Source of the DNA: a virus
Lineage: Duplodnaviria > Heunggongvirae > Uroviricota > Caudoviricetes
Virus record (IMG/VR): IMGVR_UViG_2579779052_000011
Reading direction: 5' to 3' (one strand)
Length of the DNA stretch: 31,774 bases
Shown: in pieces, positions 1-8,146 of the stretch
Layout: every line of letters begins with the position of its first letter
How positions within the stretch are numbered: the first letter of the stretch is position 1
Notes under the pieces: model-generated
What the model saw: only the letters and a program-made list of their open reading frames with translations
Database searches by the model: none
Told to the model about the DNA's origin: nothing
Made by a program: the position numbers and the translations under genes

Positions 1-1011
1 TTATAACGTCACTCCGCCTTTTAGTGGATTCAGAGCGACGGCATTTTGCAGATAGTCAGGCGCAAGGTGCGCATAGGCCATCGTCTGCTGAATGCTCGCA
101 TGTCCCAGAATCTGTTGCAGTGCGATTATATTGCCCCCATTCATCATGAAATGGCTTGCGAATGTATGCCGCAGGATGTGGGTTGCCTGATTGGGTGGTA
201 TATCAGGTTTCACTCTGCGTAAAATCCCGCAAAATTTCTCATAATCAACTTTGAATAATTTGGCGCTGGCCTCCTCTTTAACTTTTTTCTCCAGTTCCTC
301 AGAAATCGGCACGGTTCGCTTTTTACCGTTTTTGGTTTTCAGGAAGGTAACCCTGCAATTTGTAATCTGTGCTGGTTTTAGCGTGGCAACTTCCGTCCAT
401 CTTCCTCCGGTGCTCAGACATAAAAGCGCGACAAGTAAGTCATCACCAGCCAAAACATTTAACAGTTTTTCGATTTCTGCTGTTTCCAGGAACGTCATTT
501 CAGGGTTGGCCTCCGCCAGTGGCGGCAGTCCGTGAATTGGGTGTTGCCCGGAAAATTCATCCAATTGAATTAATTTTGTGAACATGCCGGATAATCGGTA
601 CATGTCACGGTTTATCGTTGCGGCACTGATACCATCACGTAGTCGCATGGAACGATAATCCATCAAAGCCCTTTTGCTCATCCTGCTCACTGGTATATCA
701 CCTATGCCGCTGATGGTTTTGAGTAGATGATTAAACTCTTTTGTTCCATGCTCGTGGTTTTGCCCGTGATATTTCCACCAGATGTCCAGCAACTCACTCA
801 AAGTCCGGCGGTCTGCTCGCTGGCCTCCCCATTCGTTCTGACTGGCATTGGCGATTGTGTATCGCTCAAATGCTAGTGCTTCAGCTTTTCTTTCGAATTT
901 CCTGCGGATGCGTTTTCCGTCGCGACCGCGAGGTCTAATGTCCACTTCATAGCGACCATCATCGAGCTTCTTAATTGCCATAAGAAAGCCCTCCGGCGCT
1001 GTATTCACCAT
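1..1011 (-). CDS. int: Tyrosine integrase, P2 Int-like
   Basis: 336-aa ORF with the C-terminal tyrosine-recombinase region (HxLRHTFA...GH...YAH); sits at prophage end next to C. An internal ATG at 981 has a GGAGG RBS and may be the true start. Confidence 0.9.
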   Translation of the reverse strand: MVNTAPEGFLMAIKKLDDGRYEVDIRPRGRDGKRIRRKFERKAEALAFERYTIANASQNEWGGQRADRRTLSELLDIWWKYHGQNHEHGTKEFNHLLKTISGIGDIPVSRMSKRALMDYRSMRLRDGISAATINRDMYRLSGMFTKLIQLDEFSGQHPIHGLPPLAEANPEMTFLETAEIEKLLNVLAGDDLLVALLCLSTGGRWTEVATLKPAQITNCRVTFLKTKNGKKRTVPISEELEKKVKEEASAKLFKVDYEKFCGILRRVKPDIPPNQATHILRHTFASHFMMNGGNIIALQQILGHASIQQTMAYAHLAPDYLQNAVALNPLKGGVTL

Positions 1012-1050
1012 CTTGGTAGCAAATGGTGAAAATGTAATCTTTATATAGAG

Positions 1051-1344
1051 TTAGCCAATCCTTTTCGCGGAGTGGTTGGACTCTGTTGACTCTGGCCCAA
1101 TGTGCGCGAGAGCCGGTGCGATTTGTCCTGCGTCCGGCGCGGTTTTATCTGTCATAAGCCATAGAGCATATTTTTGGAATGTGGGATGCATAGTGATTTT
1201 TAGCAAAGCTGTGCCACCGGGTTCAAAGTTTCCTCCTTCATATTTTTTAAGTGTGCTTAGCGGTAACTCTATGATTTCACAGAATTTTGATTGGCTTAGC
1301 CCTTCAGCCTCACGCAAGGCCTTAATCTTTTCGCTTAATTTCAT
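1051..1344 (-). CDS. C: Immunity repressor, P2 C-like (HTH)
   Basis: 97-aa ORF; N-terminal HTH and the C-terminal ...GQIAPALAH... motif resemble P2 C; divergent from cox. Confidence 0.85.
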   Translation of the reverse strand: MKLSEKIKALREAEGLSQSKFCEIIELPLSTLKKYEGGNFEPGGTALLKITMHPTFQKYALWLMTDKTAPDAGQIAPALAHIGPESTESNHSAKRIG

Positions 1345-1355
1345 TTGACATGGTG

Positions 1356-1399
1356 CCTATATAGGGACTAAATTCCCTCAAAACTGGAACCTATATAGG
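1356..1399. promoter_or_regulatory. Putative operator/promoter repeats of the C-cox lysis-lysogeny switch
   Basis: Two copies of the palindromic decamer CCTATATAGG (1356-1365 and 1390-1399), 34 bp apart, between divergent C and cox. Confidence 0.5.
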
Positions 1400-1465
1400 T
1401 TCCATTGCTTTGAGAATAAACCAGCATCTAAACGGTTTTGAGTGGTTTAGAAAGGGCTGGATCCT

Positions 1466-1753
1466 ATGAGGGTACCATATATGGACGCTGAAAATTATGT
1501 GATTCAGTATCCGCTTGATGCGGTTCATGTGGATAAATTTGCTGATTTATTAGGGAAGCCAAAGACAGCCGTCAGTGAAATGGTGAAGGCAAATAAATTA
1601 CCAATTATTGAATTGCGTGATCCTTGCAAACCGAAGGCTCGTGCCGGTGAAAAATGGGTTTTCATTCCTGAGTTTAATCGCGCTGTACGTGAGGCGTTTT
1701 ATAACCGACCGGTTGAACAGCGTGATGCATGGCTTTTGTGGATGGGGTTGTGA
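1466..1753 (+). CDS. cox: Cox-like excisionase / early-promoter repressor
   Basis: 95-aa ORF, first gene of the rightward early operon opposite C; resembles P2 Cox. Alternative start at 1481. Confidence 0.8.
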   Translation: MRVPYMDAENYVIQYPLDAVHVDKFADLLGKPKTAVSEMVKANKLPIIELRDPCKPKARAGEKWVFIPEFNRAVREAFYNRPVEQRDAWLLWMGL

Positions 1754-1755
1754 TT

Positions 1756-1926
1756 ATGAATGAGCCGCGTTGTATTGCTCAGTTATTGCGTAACGAAAGC
1801 CCCAGGGCGATTGACTTCACCATCACCCACGGTAAGGGGCGTAAGGGAATCATTATCCGCACCAAAAAACAGAGTCCGTTAAAAAAGGCTCTGACCTTTC
1901 TGAAAAGCCGGAGGGTATGGAAATGA
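1756..1926 (+). CDS. Small hypothetical early protein (P2 orf78 position)
   Basis: ORF between cox and B; ATG at 1756 chosen over the overlapping upstream start; weak RBS. Confidence 0.4.
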   Translation: MNEPRCIAQLLRNESPRAIDFTITHGKGRKGIIIRTKKQSPLKKALTFLKSRRVWK

Positions 1927-2423
1927 CAGTGATGACGCTCAATCTCGTTGAAAAACAGCCAGCAGCTATGCGCCGGATAATTGGTAAGCATCTGGCCGTC
2001 CCTCGCTGGCAGGAGACATGCGATTATTATAATCAGATGATGGAACGCGAACGGCTAACGGTTTGCTTCCATGCGCAGTTAAAACAGCGTCACGCAACGA
2101 TGCGTTTTGAAGAAATGAACGACGTCGAACGTGAACGACTGGTTTGTGCAATTGATGAATTGCGTGGCGCATTCTCAAAACGCCGTCAGGTCGGCGCAAG
2201 TGAGTATGCATATATTAGTTTTTTAACAGTCAGTCAGCGTCGTACTTTATTTATGCATGCGGGATTGACAGAAAAAGAATTCAATCAGCCGTACTGGCGA
2301 ATTAATGAAGAATCATGTTACTGGCGTGATGCTTTATTCCGTGCATTACGTGAATTATTCAGTCTGTTTGAGTATGCACCGACAATTCTGACGTCGGTAA
2401 AACCAGAGCAATATCTGCATTAA
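1917..2423 (+). CDS. B: Replication protein B-like (helicase loader)
   Basis: 168-aa ORF with GGAGGG RBS; position and length match P2 gpB. Confidence 0.8.
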   Translation: MEMTVMTLNLVEKQPAAMRRIIGKHLAVPRWQETCDYYNQMMERERLTVCFHAQLKQRHATMRFEEMNDVERERLVCAIDELRGAFSKRRQVGASEYAYISFLTVSQRRTLFMHAGLTEKEFNQPYWRINEESCYWRDALFRALRELFSLFEYAPTILTSVKPEQYLH

Positions 2424-2486
2424 ATAATTAACCAGAGTTTTTAACGCACTTAATCGTGCGGGGCTTCTTTTTGCCTGGAGAAAGTC

Positions 2487-2711
2487 ATGCATACAGTTTC
2501 TGAAAATCAGTGCGGTAAATACGCATTACTGCTGCAACAGGCCAGAACCGAAGCACAGGCCGACGCTGCGACGCGCTTTTCTTCTCATCTTGACGCCATG
2601 ATTCGCCACATCACAAAGGCGGAGTTATCCCGCGTGGAGATAGTTGAGCTGCTCAGTCAGGAGTCGGAAAAATTTCACAATATCGGATTGTCTCGCGGGG
2701 AGGTGCTTTGA
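2487..2711 (+). CDS. Hypothetical early protein (P2 orf80 position)
   Basis: 74-aa ORF in the early operon between B and A. Confidence 0.6.
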   Translation: MHTVSENQCGKYALLLQQARTEAQADAATRFSSHLDAMIRHITKAELSRVEIVELLSQESEKFHNIGLSRGEVL

Positions 2712-3013
2712 TGTCCTGTTCTCGTTCGGTTGTATTACTGAATAACGCCTTAAAAATCGCCGTTATGGAAAATGGTGATTTGTCTCTTATTCAACTTGGT
2801 ATTGATAAAGAGAAGCGCGAAATAACTGAATCTGTTATCGCGATTTATCAGAGTGAATTAAACCTCCTGTCTGATGTGGTCAATTTACTTGTTAAACGCG
2901 CTGTATTCCACAAGCAAATTTCCTCAGTGGATGAACTGACAAAATTAACGACAGAACTCGCCAGTTATTGCGCTGATGAATTTAAGAAGCTGAACGACAA
3001 AAGGAGCTGGTAA
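2708..3013 (+). CDS. Hypothetical early protein (P2 orf81 position)
   Basis: 101-aa ORF; start overlaps upstream stop (ATGA). Confidence 0.6.
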   Translation: MMSCSRSVVLLNNALKIAVMENGDLSLIQLGIDKEKREITESVIAIYQSELNLLSDVVNLLVKRAVFHKQISSVDELTKLTTELASYCADEFKKLNDKRSW

Positions 3014-3237
3014 TGCCGGACAACGTGGATTTTATTCAGGAACAACAGGCTGAATTACTGGAGCGCCAGATTAACGCGGCAAGGGTAAAACATTGCGGTG
3101 TTTCTGCGCTGGTTTGCGAAGAGTGTGACGCGCCAATACCTGCTGCCCGTCGTGCGGCTTATCCGTCAGCCACGCGTTGTGTTTCCTGTCAGTCAGTCTT
3201 TGAAGCAAAAAACAAACATTACCGGAGAACGGCATGA
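3013..3237 (+). CDS. TraR/DksA-type C4 zinc-finger protein (P2 orf82 position)
   Basis: 74-aa ORF with a CxxC...CxxC motif (CEECDAP...CVSCQ). Confidence 0.7.
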   Translation: MPDNVDFIQEQQAELLERQINAARVKHCGVSALVCEECDAPIPAARRAAYPSATRCVSCQSVFEAKNKHYRRTA

Positions 3238-3509
3238 GTATTCGTGTTGAAATTGGCGAACGTTATGTCGTTACCAGTGACAGCTTTCAGTTTATTCTCC
3301 ACGAGAAAAAGAGAGCGGAAAGCGGTAAAAACGCCGGTCAGGAATGGCTGGCGGTGGTTGGTTATTACCCGAAATTAGGCCAGCTCGTTTCCGGCCTGAT
3401 GCATCACGATATTCTGACCGGAAGCGCAAAATCTTTTGCTGATTTAAACGCGCAGGTTGAGCAACTCAGCAAGCGTTGTTCAGAGGCTTTTGGCTCATAT
3501 GGCCGTTAA
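3234..3509 (+). CDS. Hypothetical early protein (P2 orf83 position)
   Basis: 91-aa ORF; overlaps the start of A. Confidence 0.6.
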   Translation: MSIRVEIGERYVVTSDSFQFILHEKKRAESGKNAGQEWLAVVGYYPKLGQLVSGLMHHDILTGSAKSFADLNAQVEQLSKRCSEAFGSYGR

Positions 3510-5775
3510 AGCCTCCGGGCGTTTTGTCCCTCCGTCAGCATTTACCGCAGGCACCGGTAAGGCGTTTACCGGTGCTTATGCATGGAACGCGCCACGCGAG
3601 GCTGTCGGGCGCGAAAGACCTCTTACACGTGACGAGATGCGTCAGGTGCAAGGTGTTTTATCCACGATTAACCGCCTGCCTTACTTTTTGCGCTCGCTGT
3701 TTACTTCACGCTATGACTACATCCGGCGCAATAAAAGCCCGGTGCACGGGTTTTATTTCCTCACATCTACTTTTCAGCGTCGTTTATGGCCGCGCATTGA
3801 GCGTGTGAATCAGCGCCATGAAATGAACACCGACGCGTCGTTGCTGTTTCTGGCAGAGCGTGACCACTATGCGCGCCTGCCGGGAATGAATGACAAGGAG
3901 CTGAAAAAGTTTGCCGCCCGTATCTCATCGCAGCTTTTCATGATGTATGAGGAACTCTGCGATGCATGGGTTGATGCGCATGGTGAAAAAGAATCGCTGT
4001 TTACGGATGAGGCGCAGGCTCACCTGTATGGTCATGTTGCTGGCGCTGCACGTGCTTTCAATATTTCCCCGCTCTACTGGAAAAAATACCGTAAAGGACA
4101 GATGACCACGAGGCAGGCATATTCTGCCATTGCCCGCCTGTTTAACGATGAGTGGTGGACTCATCAGCTTAAAGGCCAGCGTATGCGCTGGCATGAGGCG
4201 TTACTGATAGCTGTCGGGGAGGTCAATAAAGACCGTTCTCCTTATGCCAGTAAACACGCCATTCGTGATGTGCGTGCGCGCCGCCAGGCAAATCTGGAAT
4301 TTCTTAAATCGTGTGACCTTGAAAACAGGGAAACCGGCGAGCGCATCGACCTTATCAGTAAGGTGATGGGCAGTATTTCTAATCCTGAAATTCGCCGGAT
4401 GGAGCTGATGAACACCATTGCCGGTATTGAGCGTTACGCCGCCGCAGAGGGTGATGTGGGGATGTTTATCACGCTGACCGCGCCGTCAAAGTATCACCCG
4501 ACACGTCAGGTCGGAAAAGGCGAAAGTAAAACCGTTCAGCTTAATCACGGCTGGAACGATGAGGCATTTAATCCAAAGGATGCGCAGCGTTATCTCTGCC
4601 GTATCTGGAGCCTGATGCGCACGGCATTCAAGGATAATGATTTACAGGTCTACGGTTTGCGAGTCGTCGAGCCACACCACGACGGAACGCCGCACTGGCA
4701 TATGATGCTTTTTTGTCATCCACGCCAGCGTAACCAGATTATCGAAATCATGCGTCGCTATGCGCTCAAAGAGGATGGCGACGAAAGAGGAGCCGCGCGA
4801 AACCGTTTTCAGGCAAAACACCTTAACCGGGGCGGTGCTGCGGGATATATCGCGAAATACATTTCAAAAAACATCGACGGCTATGCACTGGATGGTCAGC
4901 TCGATAACGACACCGGCAGGCCGCTGAAAGACACTGCAGCGGCTGTTACCGCATGGGCGTCAACGTGGCGCATTCCGCAATTTAAAACGGTTGGCCTGCC
5001 GACAATGGGGGCTTACCGTGAACTACGCAAATTGCCTCGCGGCGTCAGCATTGCTGATGAGTTTGACGAGCGCGTCGAGGCTGCACGCGCCGCCGCAGAC
5101 AGTGGTGATTTTGCGCTGTATATCAGCGCGCAGGGCGGGGCAAATGTCCCGCGCGATTGTCAGACTGTCAGGGTCGCCCGTAGTCTGTCGGATGACGTTA
5201 ACGAGTACGAGGAAGAAGTCGAGAGAGTGGTCGGCATTTACGCGCCGCATCTCGGCGCGCGTCATATTCATATCACCAGAACGACGGACTGGCGCATTGT
5301 GCCGAAAGTTCCGGTCGTTGAGCCTTTGACTTTAAAAAGCGGCATCGCCGCGCCTCGGAGTCCTGTCAATAACTGTGGAAAGCTCACCGGTGGTGATACT
5401 TCGTTACCGGCTCCCACACCTTCTGAGCACGCCGCAGCAGTGCTTAATCTGGTTGATGACGATGTTATCGAATGGAATGACCCGGAGGTCGTGAGGGCGC
5501 TCAGGGGCGCATTAAAACACGACCGGAGAACGCCAAACCGTCAGCAAAGAAACGGAAGCCCGTTAAAACCGCATGAAATTGCACCATCGGCCAGACTGAC
5601 CCGGTCGGAACGATTGCAAATTACCCGTATCCGCGTTGATCTCGCTCAGAACGGTATCAGGCCGCAACGATGGGAGCTTGAGGCGCTGGCGCGTGGCGCG
5701 ACCGTAAATTATGACGGGAAACCTTTCACTTATCAGGTCGCTGATGATTGGCCGGGGTTTTTGTTACCCATTTGA
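3499..5775 (+). CDS. A: Rolling-circle replication initiator/endonuclease, P2 gpA-like
   Basis: Large ORF; true start taken as the ATG at 3499 (MAVKASGRF...), which I recognise as the P2 A N-terminus; the listed ORF start at 3457 overlaps the upstream gene. Confidence 0.9.
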   Translation: MAVKASGRFVPPSAFTAGTGKAFTGAYAWNAPREAVGRERPLTRDEMRQVQGVLSTINRLPYFLRSLFTSRYDYIRRNKSPVHGFYFLTSTFQRRLWPRIERVNQRHEMNTDASLLFLAERDHYARLPGMNDKELKKFAARISSQLFMMYEELCDAWVDAHGEKESLFTDEAQAHLYGHVAGAARAFNISPLYWKKYRKGQMTTRQAYSAIARLFNDEWWTHQLKGQRMRWHEALLIAVGEVNKDRSPYASKHAIRDVRARRQANLEFLKSCDLENRETGERIDLISKVMGSISNPEIRRMELMNTIAGIERYAAAEGDVGMFITLTAPSKYHPTRQVGKGESKTVQLNHGWNDEAFNPKDAQRYLCRIWSLMRTAFKDNDLQVYGLRVVEPHHDGTPHWHMMLFCHPRQRNQIIEIMRRYALKEDGDERGAARNRFQAKHLNRGGAAGYIAKYISKNIDGYALDGQLDNDTGRPLKDTAAAVTAWASTWRIPQFKTVGLPTMGAYRELRKLPRGVSIADEFDERVEAARAAADSGDFALYISAQGGANVPRDCQTVRVARSLSDDVNEYEEEVERVVGIYAPHLGARHIHITRTTDWRIVPKVPVVEPLTLKSGIAAPRSPVNNCGKLTGGDTSLPAPTPSEHAAAVLNLVDDDVIEWNDPEVVRALRGALKHDRRTPNRQQRNGSPLKPHEIAPSARLTRSERLQITRIRVDLAQNGIRPQRWELEALARGATVNYDGKPFTYQVADDWPGFLLPI

Positions 5776-5960
5776 GTAAAAATACAGCGTGATTTTATAT
5801 GTCTTTGAATGGATTATGCGAAGCACCTCTAAGGTAGATGAGGAGCAATAGCGTGTTGAATCAGAAGGCTAAATTGTATTGAATCGTTAGCATGTAATTG
5901 AAGGCAGCTATTTGATTCGAGTCATAAAAGAGCATCTATTTCGGTTAATAAAACCATTGC

Positions 5961-6005
5961 GAGTGACTTTATGTCGAAGCATAATTCATCTCGAGCGAAG
6001 TCTTG
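5961..6005. repeat. Direct repeat copy 1 (GAGTGACT...GAGCGAAGTCTTGC)
   Basis: Shares the GAGTGACT start and the 14-bp GAGCGAAGTCTTGC end with 6246-6270, with about 20 extra bp in between. Confidence 0.6.
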
Positions 6006-6037
6006 CTAGTCTTTCATCGGATTGATGACGGGCGCAA

Positions 6038-6069
6038 AAAAACCACCCTGGCAGGTGGTTTTTTTGTTT
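6038..6069. terminator. Bidirectional rho-independent terminator after the early operon
   Basis: AAAAAAA-CCACCCTGGCAGGTGG-TTTTTTT: GC-rich hairpin flanked by an A-tract and a T-tract. Confidence 0.8.
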
Positions 6070-6077
6070 GAAGCATA

Positions 6078-6191
6078 CTAAAGAAAAATACTTACATGGA
6101 TATTACTGACGTTTACTGACAAACCACTCGGACTACCATATGGATAGCCAAAGAGGGCCAGAACGAGAATGCAGTAATAGCACTTCTTCAT
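6078..6191 (-). CDS. Small hydrophobic peptide (37 aa), function unknown
   Basis: ATG with a consensus GGAGG Shine-Dalgarno 5 nt upstream; hand-translated as MKKCYYCILVLALFGYPYGSPSGLSVNVSNIHVSIFL; ends just before the bidirectional terminator. Below the ORF-track size cutoff. Confidence 0.3.
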   Translation of the reverse strand: MKKCYYCILVLALFGYPYGSPSGLSVNVSNIHVSIFL

Positions 6192-6245
6192 ATCGCCTCC
6201 TGTAAGCAGAGGGCAATTTCCGCCGATATATGCGCTTCTAAGGCG

Positions 6246-6270
6246 GAGTGACTATTGAGCGAAGTCTTGC
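6246..6270. repeat. Direct repeat copy 2 (GAGTGACTATTGAGCGAAGTCTTGC)
   Basis: Shares the terminal 14-bp GAGCGAAGTCTTGC and the GAGTGACT start with 5961-6005. Confidence 0.6.
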
Positions 6271-6848
6271 CCTGAAATAATGCTCTGTTTAAACGCAAAG
6301 TGATCTGGCATATCACCGAACAGAGGACCTGAACAACACAACATATAGTATGTCGTTGTTTCTGGTTGCATTTTATGTTGTGTAATACTGGTTTTGCATC
6401 AAGGATGTTTGAGCTTTTTTTGATATAGCTCAAAGTAAAAAGCAGAGACTACGGATGATAAGGTCTTGAAAGCAATGTAAATTTTTTAAAGTTGTGAGTG
6501 GCTAGAAATGCACAGTTTCAATATGGCGGATTTAAACAAGTAATTAAAAATAGCGACATAAATTCCAATAAAATCATTAAGTTGCGTTTTCTGTGGAAAC
6601 TTCGGTGACTCTGAAATTTTCTTTTAGTGTCGCTGAGGTTTAACAACGCGCTGCGCAAGTAGTTAGTGTTTTTTTAACTCAATATTCTGATTTATAAGGT
6701 TTTTTATAAATCGTGGGCTGGTTGCGCGTATTCATCTCGTGTTATCAGCAAAGATAAGCTCTATATGCAGAACGGAATGCATATATGATGTCGAAAATGT
6801 TATGGGAAAACGTGGATTAGTGTTATAGTAATGGCTGAAAAACAGCCT

Positions 6849-6877
6849 TGACATAAAATAACAACTGTGATATGGCT
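6849..6877 (+). promoter_or_regulatory. Putative sigma70 promoter for the cargo peptidase gene
   Basis: TTGACA at 6849-6854, 17-bp spacer, TATGGC -10-like hexamer; TAGGAGG RBS at 6901-6907. Confidence 0.4.
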
Positions 6878-6912
6878 GTGCATACTTAACTTTTTTAACG
6901 TAGGAGGCAACC

Positions 6913-7398
6913 ATGAGCTATGCAGCTAAAAAACTGCTTGACCGCTATTGGGATCGCCGACTACCTGTCGATCCGTTTAAGCTTGCTAAAGCGTGGGGTG
7001 CTCGTGTTGAAGCACTTGAGGAATCGGCTTATAACAACGATGGGTTAAGCGGTCTGGCTGTCATCAAAAAGGGTGTCCATAGGATTTATTTTGATTCTAG
7101 TGAACATTCTAATCGTCAACGTTTTACTGTTGCACACGAGTTAGGTCATCATGTGCTGGGGCATACCCAGGACGGAGAGTACCATCGGGATAATGTCGGG
7201 AATTATTCAACAGGTGCTCGTGATTACCGTGAGGTTGAAGCAAACAAGTTTGCTGCTGAGTTGTTAATGCCTGAGTCTGCTATACGTCAATTGGTATCCA
7301 GAGAAGGTATTGATAGCACTTTGAGATTAGCAAGCATCTTTAATGTATCAGAAGCCGCTATGCATTGGCGCTTAAAGAGCTTAGGAATGGCTTATTAA
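6913..7398 (+). CDS. ImmA/IrrE-family (DUF955) zinc metallopeptidase
   Basis: 161-aa ORF with HEXXH (HELGHH) and the downstream family motif EANKFAAELLMPE; strong RBS; AT-rich. Confidence 0.8.
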   Translation: MSYAAKKLLDRYWDRRLPVDPFKLAKAWGARVEALEESAYNNDGLSGLAVIKKGVHRIYFDSSEHSNRQRFTVAHELGHHVLGHTQDGEYHRDNVGNYSTGARDYREVEANKFAAELLMPESAIRQLVSREGIDSTLRLASIFNVSEAAMHWRLKSLGMAY

Positions 7399-7426
7399 TT
7401 AGCCTTTAACTTTTAACCTGTTTAAA

Positions 7427-7465
7427 ATCACCTTTACGTTTGTACATGTAAGGGTGATTTTTTTA
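7427..7465 (+). terminator. Rho-independent terminator or attenuator after the peptidase gene
   Basis: 10-bp stem (AUCACCUUUA / UAAGGGUGAU, one G-U pair) followed by a run of 7 T; ends at the start codon of the next ORF. Confidence 0.6.
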
Positions 7466-8064
7466 TGGCTGATATTGATTTATCTGGACAGTCCCCAGAG
7501 CAAGGAACCACTCCTAAGGGCGATTTAGATCCTGATATCCTTATAAGGCGAGATAGACGGGATGGTATAGAGCGTAGAAGCATGCGATTAGTGCTCTCTG
7601 CCGTTGTGCTTTGTTTTGCTTGTACATTTCTATGGCAGGGGCTTAACTTTGCTTTGGCTGTTGGAAATGGCTTGCTGGAAGCGAAAAGCAGTATTGCCGC
7701 AGCGATAACACAAAAAGTAGATACACAAACTTGTGTTTCAGCAGAAAAATGTTCTGCTTTATCTTCGGATCCGAAGATGGCTGATGAGAGGATAACACCA
7801 TCTTCAGACACTAATAAAGTTAGAAAATCTATTTCTGGTTTATCCACCGATTGGTTATCGGCCAGTTCTCTAATAGCTATTGTTGCATTCATCCTTGGTG
7901 TGGGTTTAACTTTGCTTTTGACTCTTCTTAAATCAGCATTTCAACACCCGACAGATAAAGACTTTAGAACAAAGTCGACATCTAATACTATTGAGTTGGC
8001 CACGCCAATCAGTGAATTAATAATTGGTGTTCTGAATATAATTAAAGACAAACTATCTAAGTAA
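7465..8064 (+). CDS. Hypothetical membrane protein with two predicted TM helices
   Basis: 199-aa ORF; hydrophobic segments LVLSAVVLCFACTFLW and LIAIVAFILGVGLTLLLTLL; no recognisable RBS; followed by a terminator. Confidence 0.45.
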   Translation: MADIDLSGQSPEQGTTPKGDLDPDILIRRDRRDGIERRSMRLVLSAVVLCFACTFLWQGLNFALAVGNGLLEAKSSIAAAITQKVDTQTCVSAEKCSALSSDPKMADERITPSSDTNKVRKSISGLSTDWLSASSLIAIVAFILGVGLTLLLTLLKSAFQHPTDKDFRTKSTSNTIELATPISELIIGVLNIIKDKLSK

Positions 8065-8106
8065 AGCATTAGTTGTGATTTTTTATTGGTTTTAGTGATA
8101 ATACAT

Positions 8107-8139
8107 CTCCAGTACTTATTGTTACTGGAGAGTATTTTT
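8107..8139 (+). terminator. Rho-independent terminator between convergent cargo genes
   Basis: Perfect 8-bp stem CTCCAGTA...TACTGGAG followed by AGTATTTTTA. Confidence 0.6.
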
Positions 8140-8146
8140 AGTCGTT

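Noticed and set aside
3457-3498. Upstream extension of gene A (ORF listed from 3457)
   Set aside because: Start lies inside the preceding gene; the ATG at 3499 gives the N-terminus MAVKASGRF that I recognise from P2 A
6188-6433. 81-aa minus-strand ORF in the cargo region
   Set aside because: Initiates at TTG with no internal Met, odd Cys-rich composition and no RBS; the RBS-supported 37-codon ORF overlapping its end is preferred
7434-7892. 152-aa minus-strand ORF overlapping the 2-TM gene
   Set aside because: Poor start context, and it terminates inside the hairpin at 7427-7458; the plus-strand ORF is followed by a terminator and has membrane-protein character. Not fully excluded
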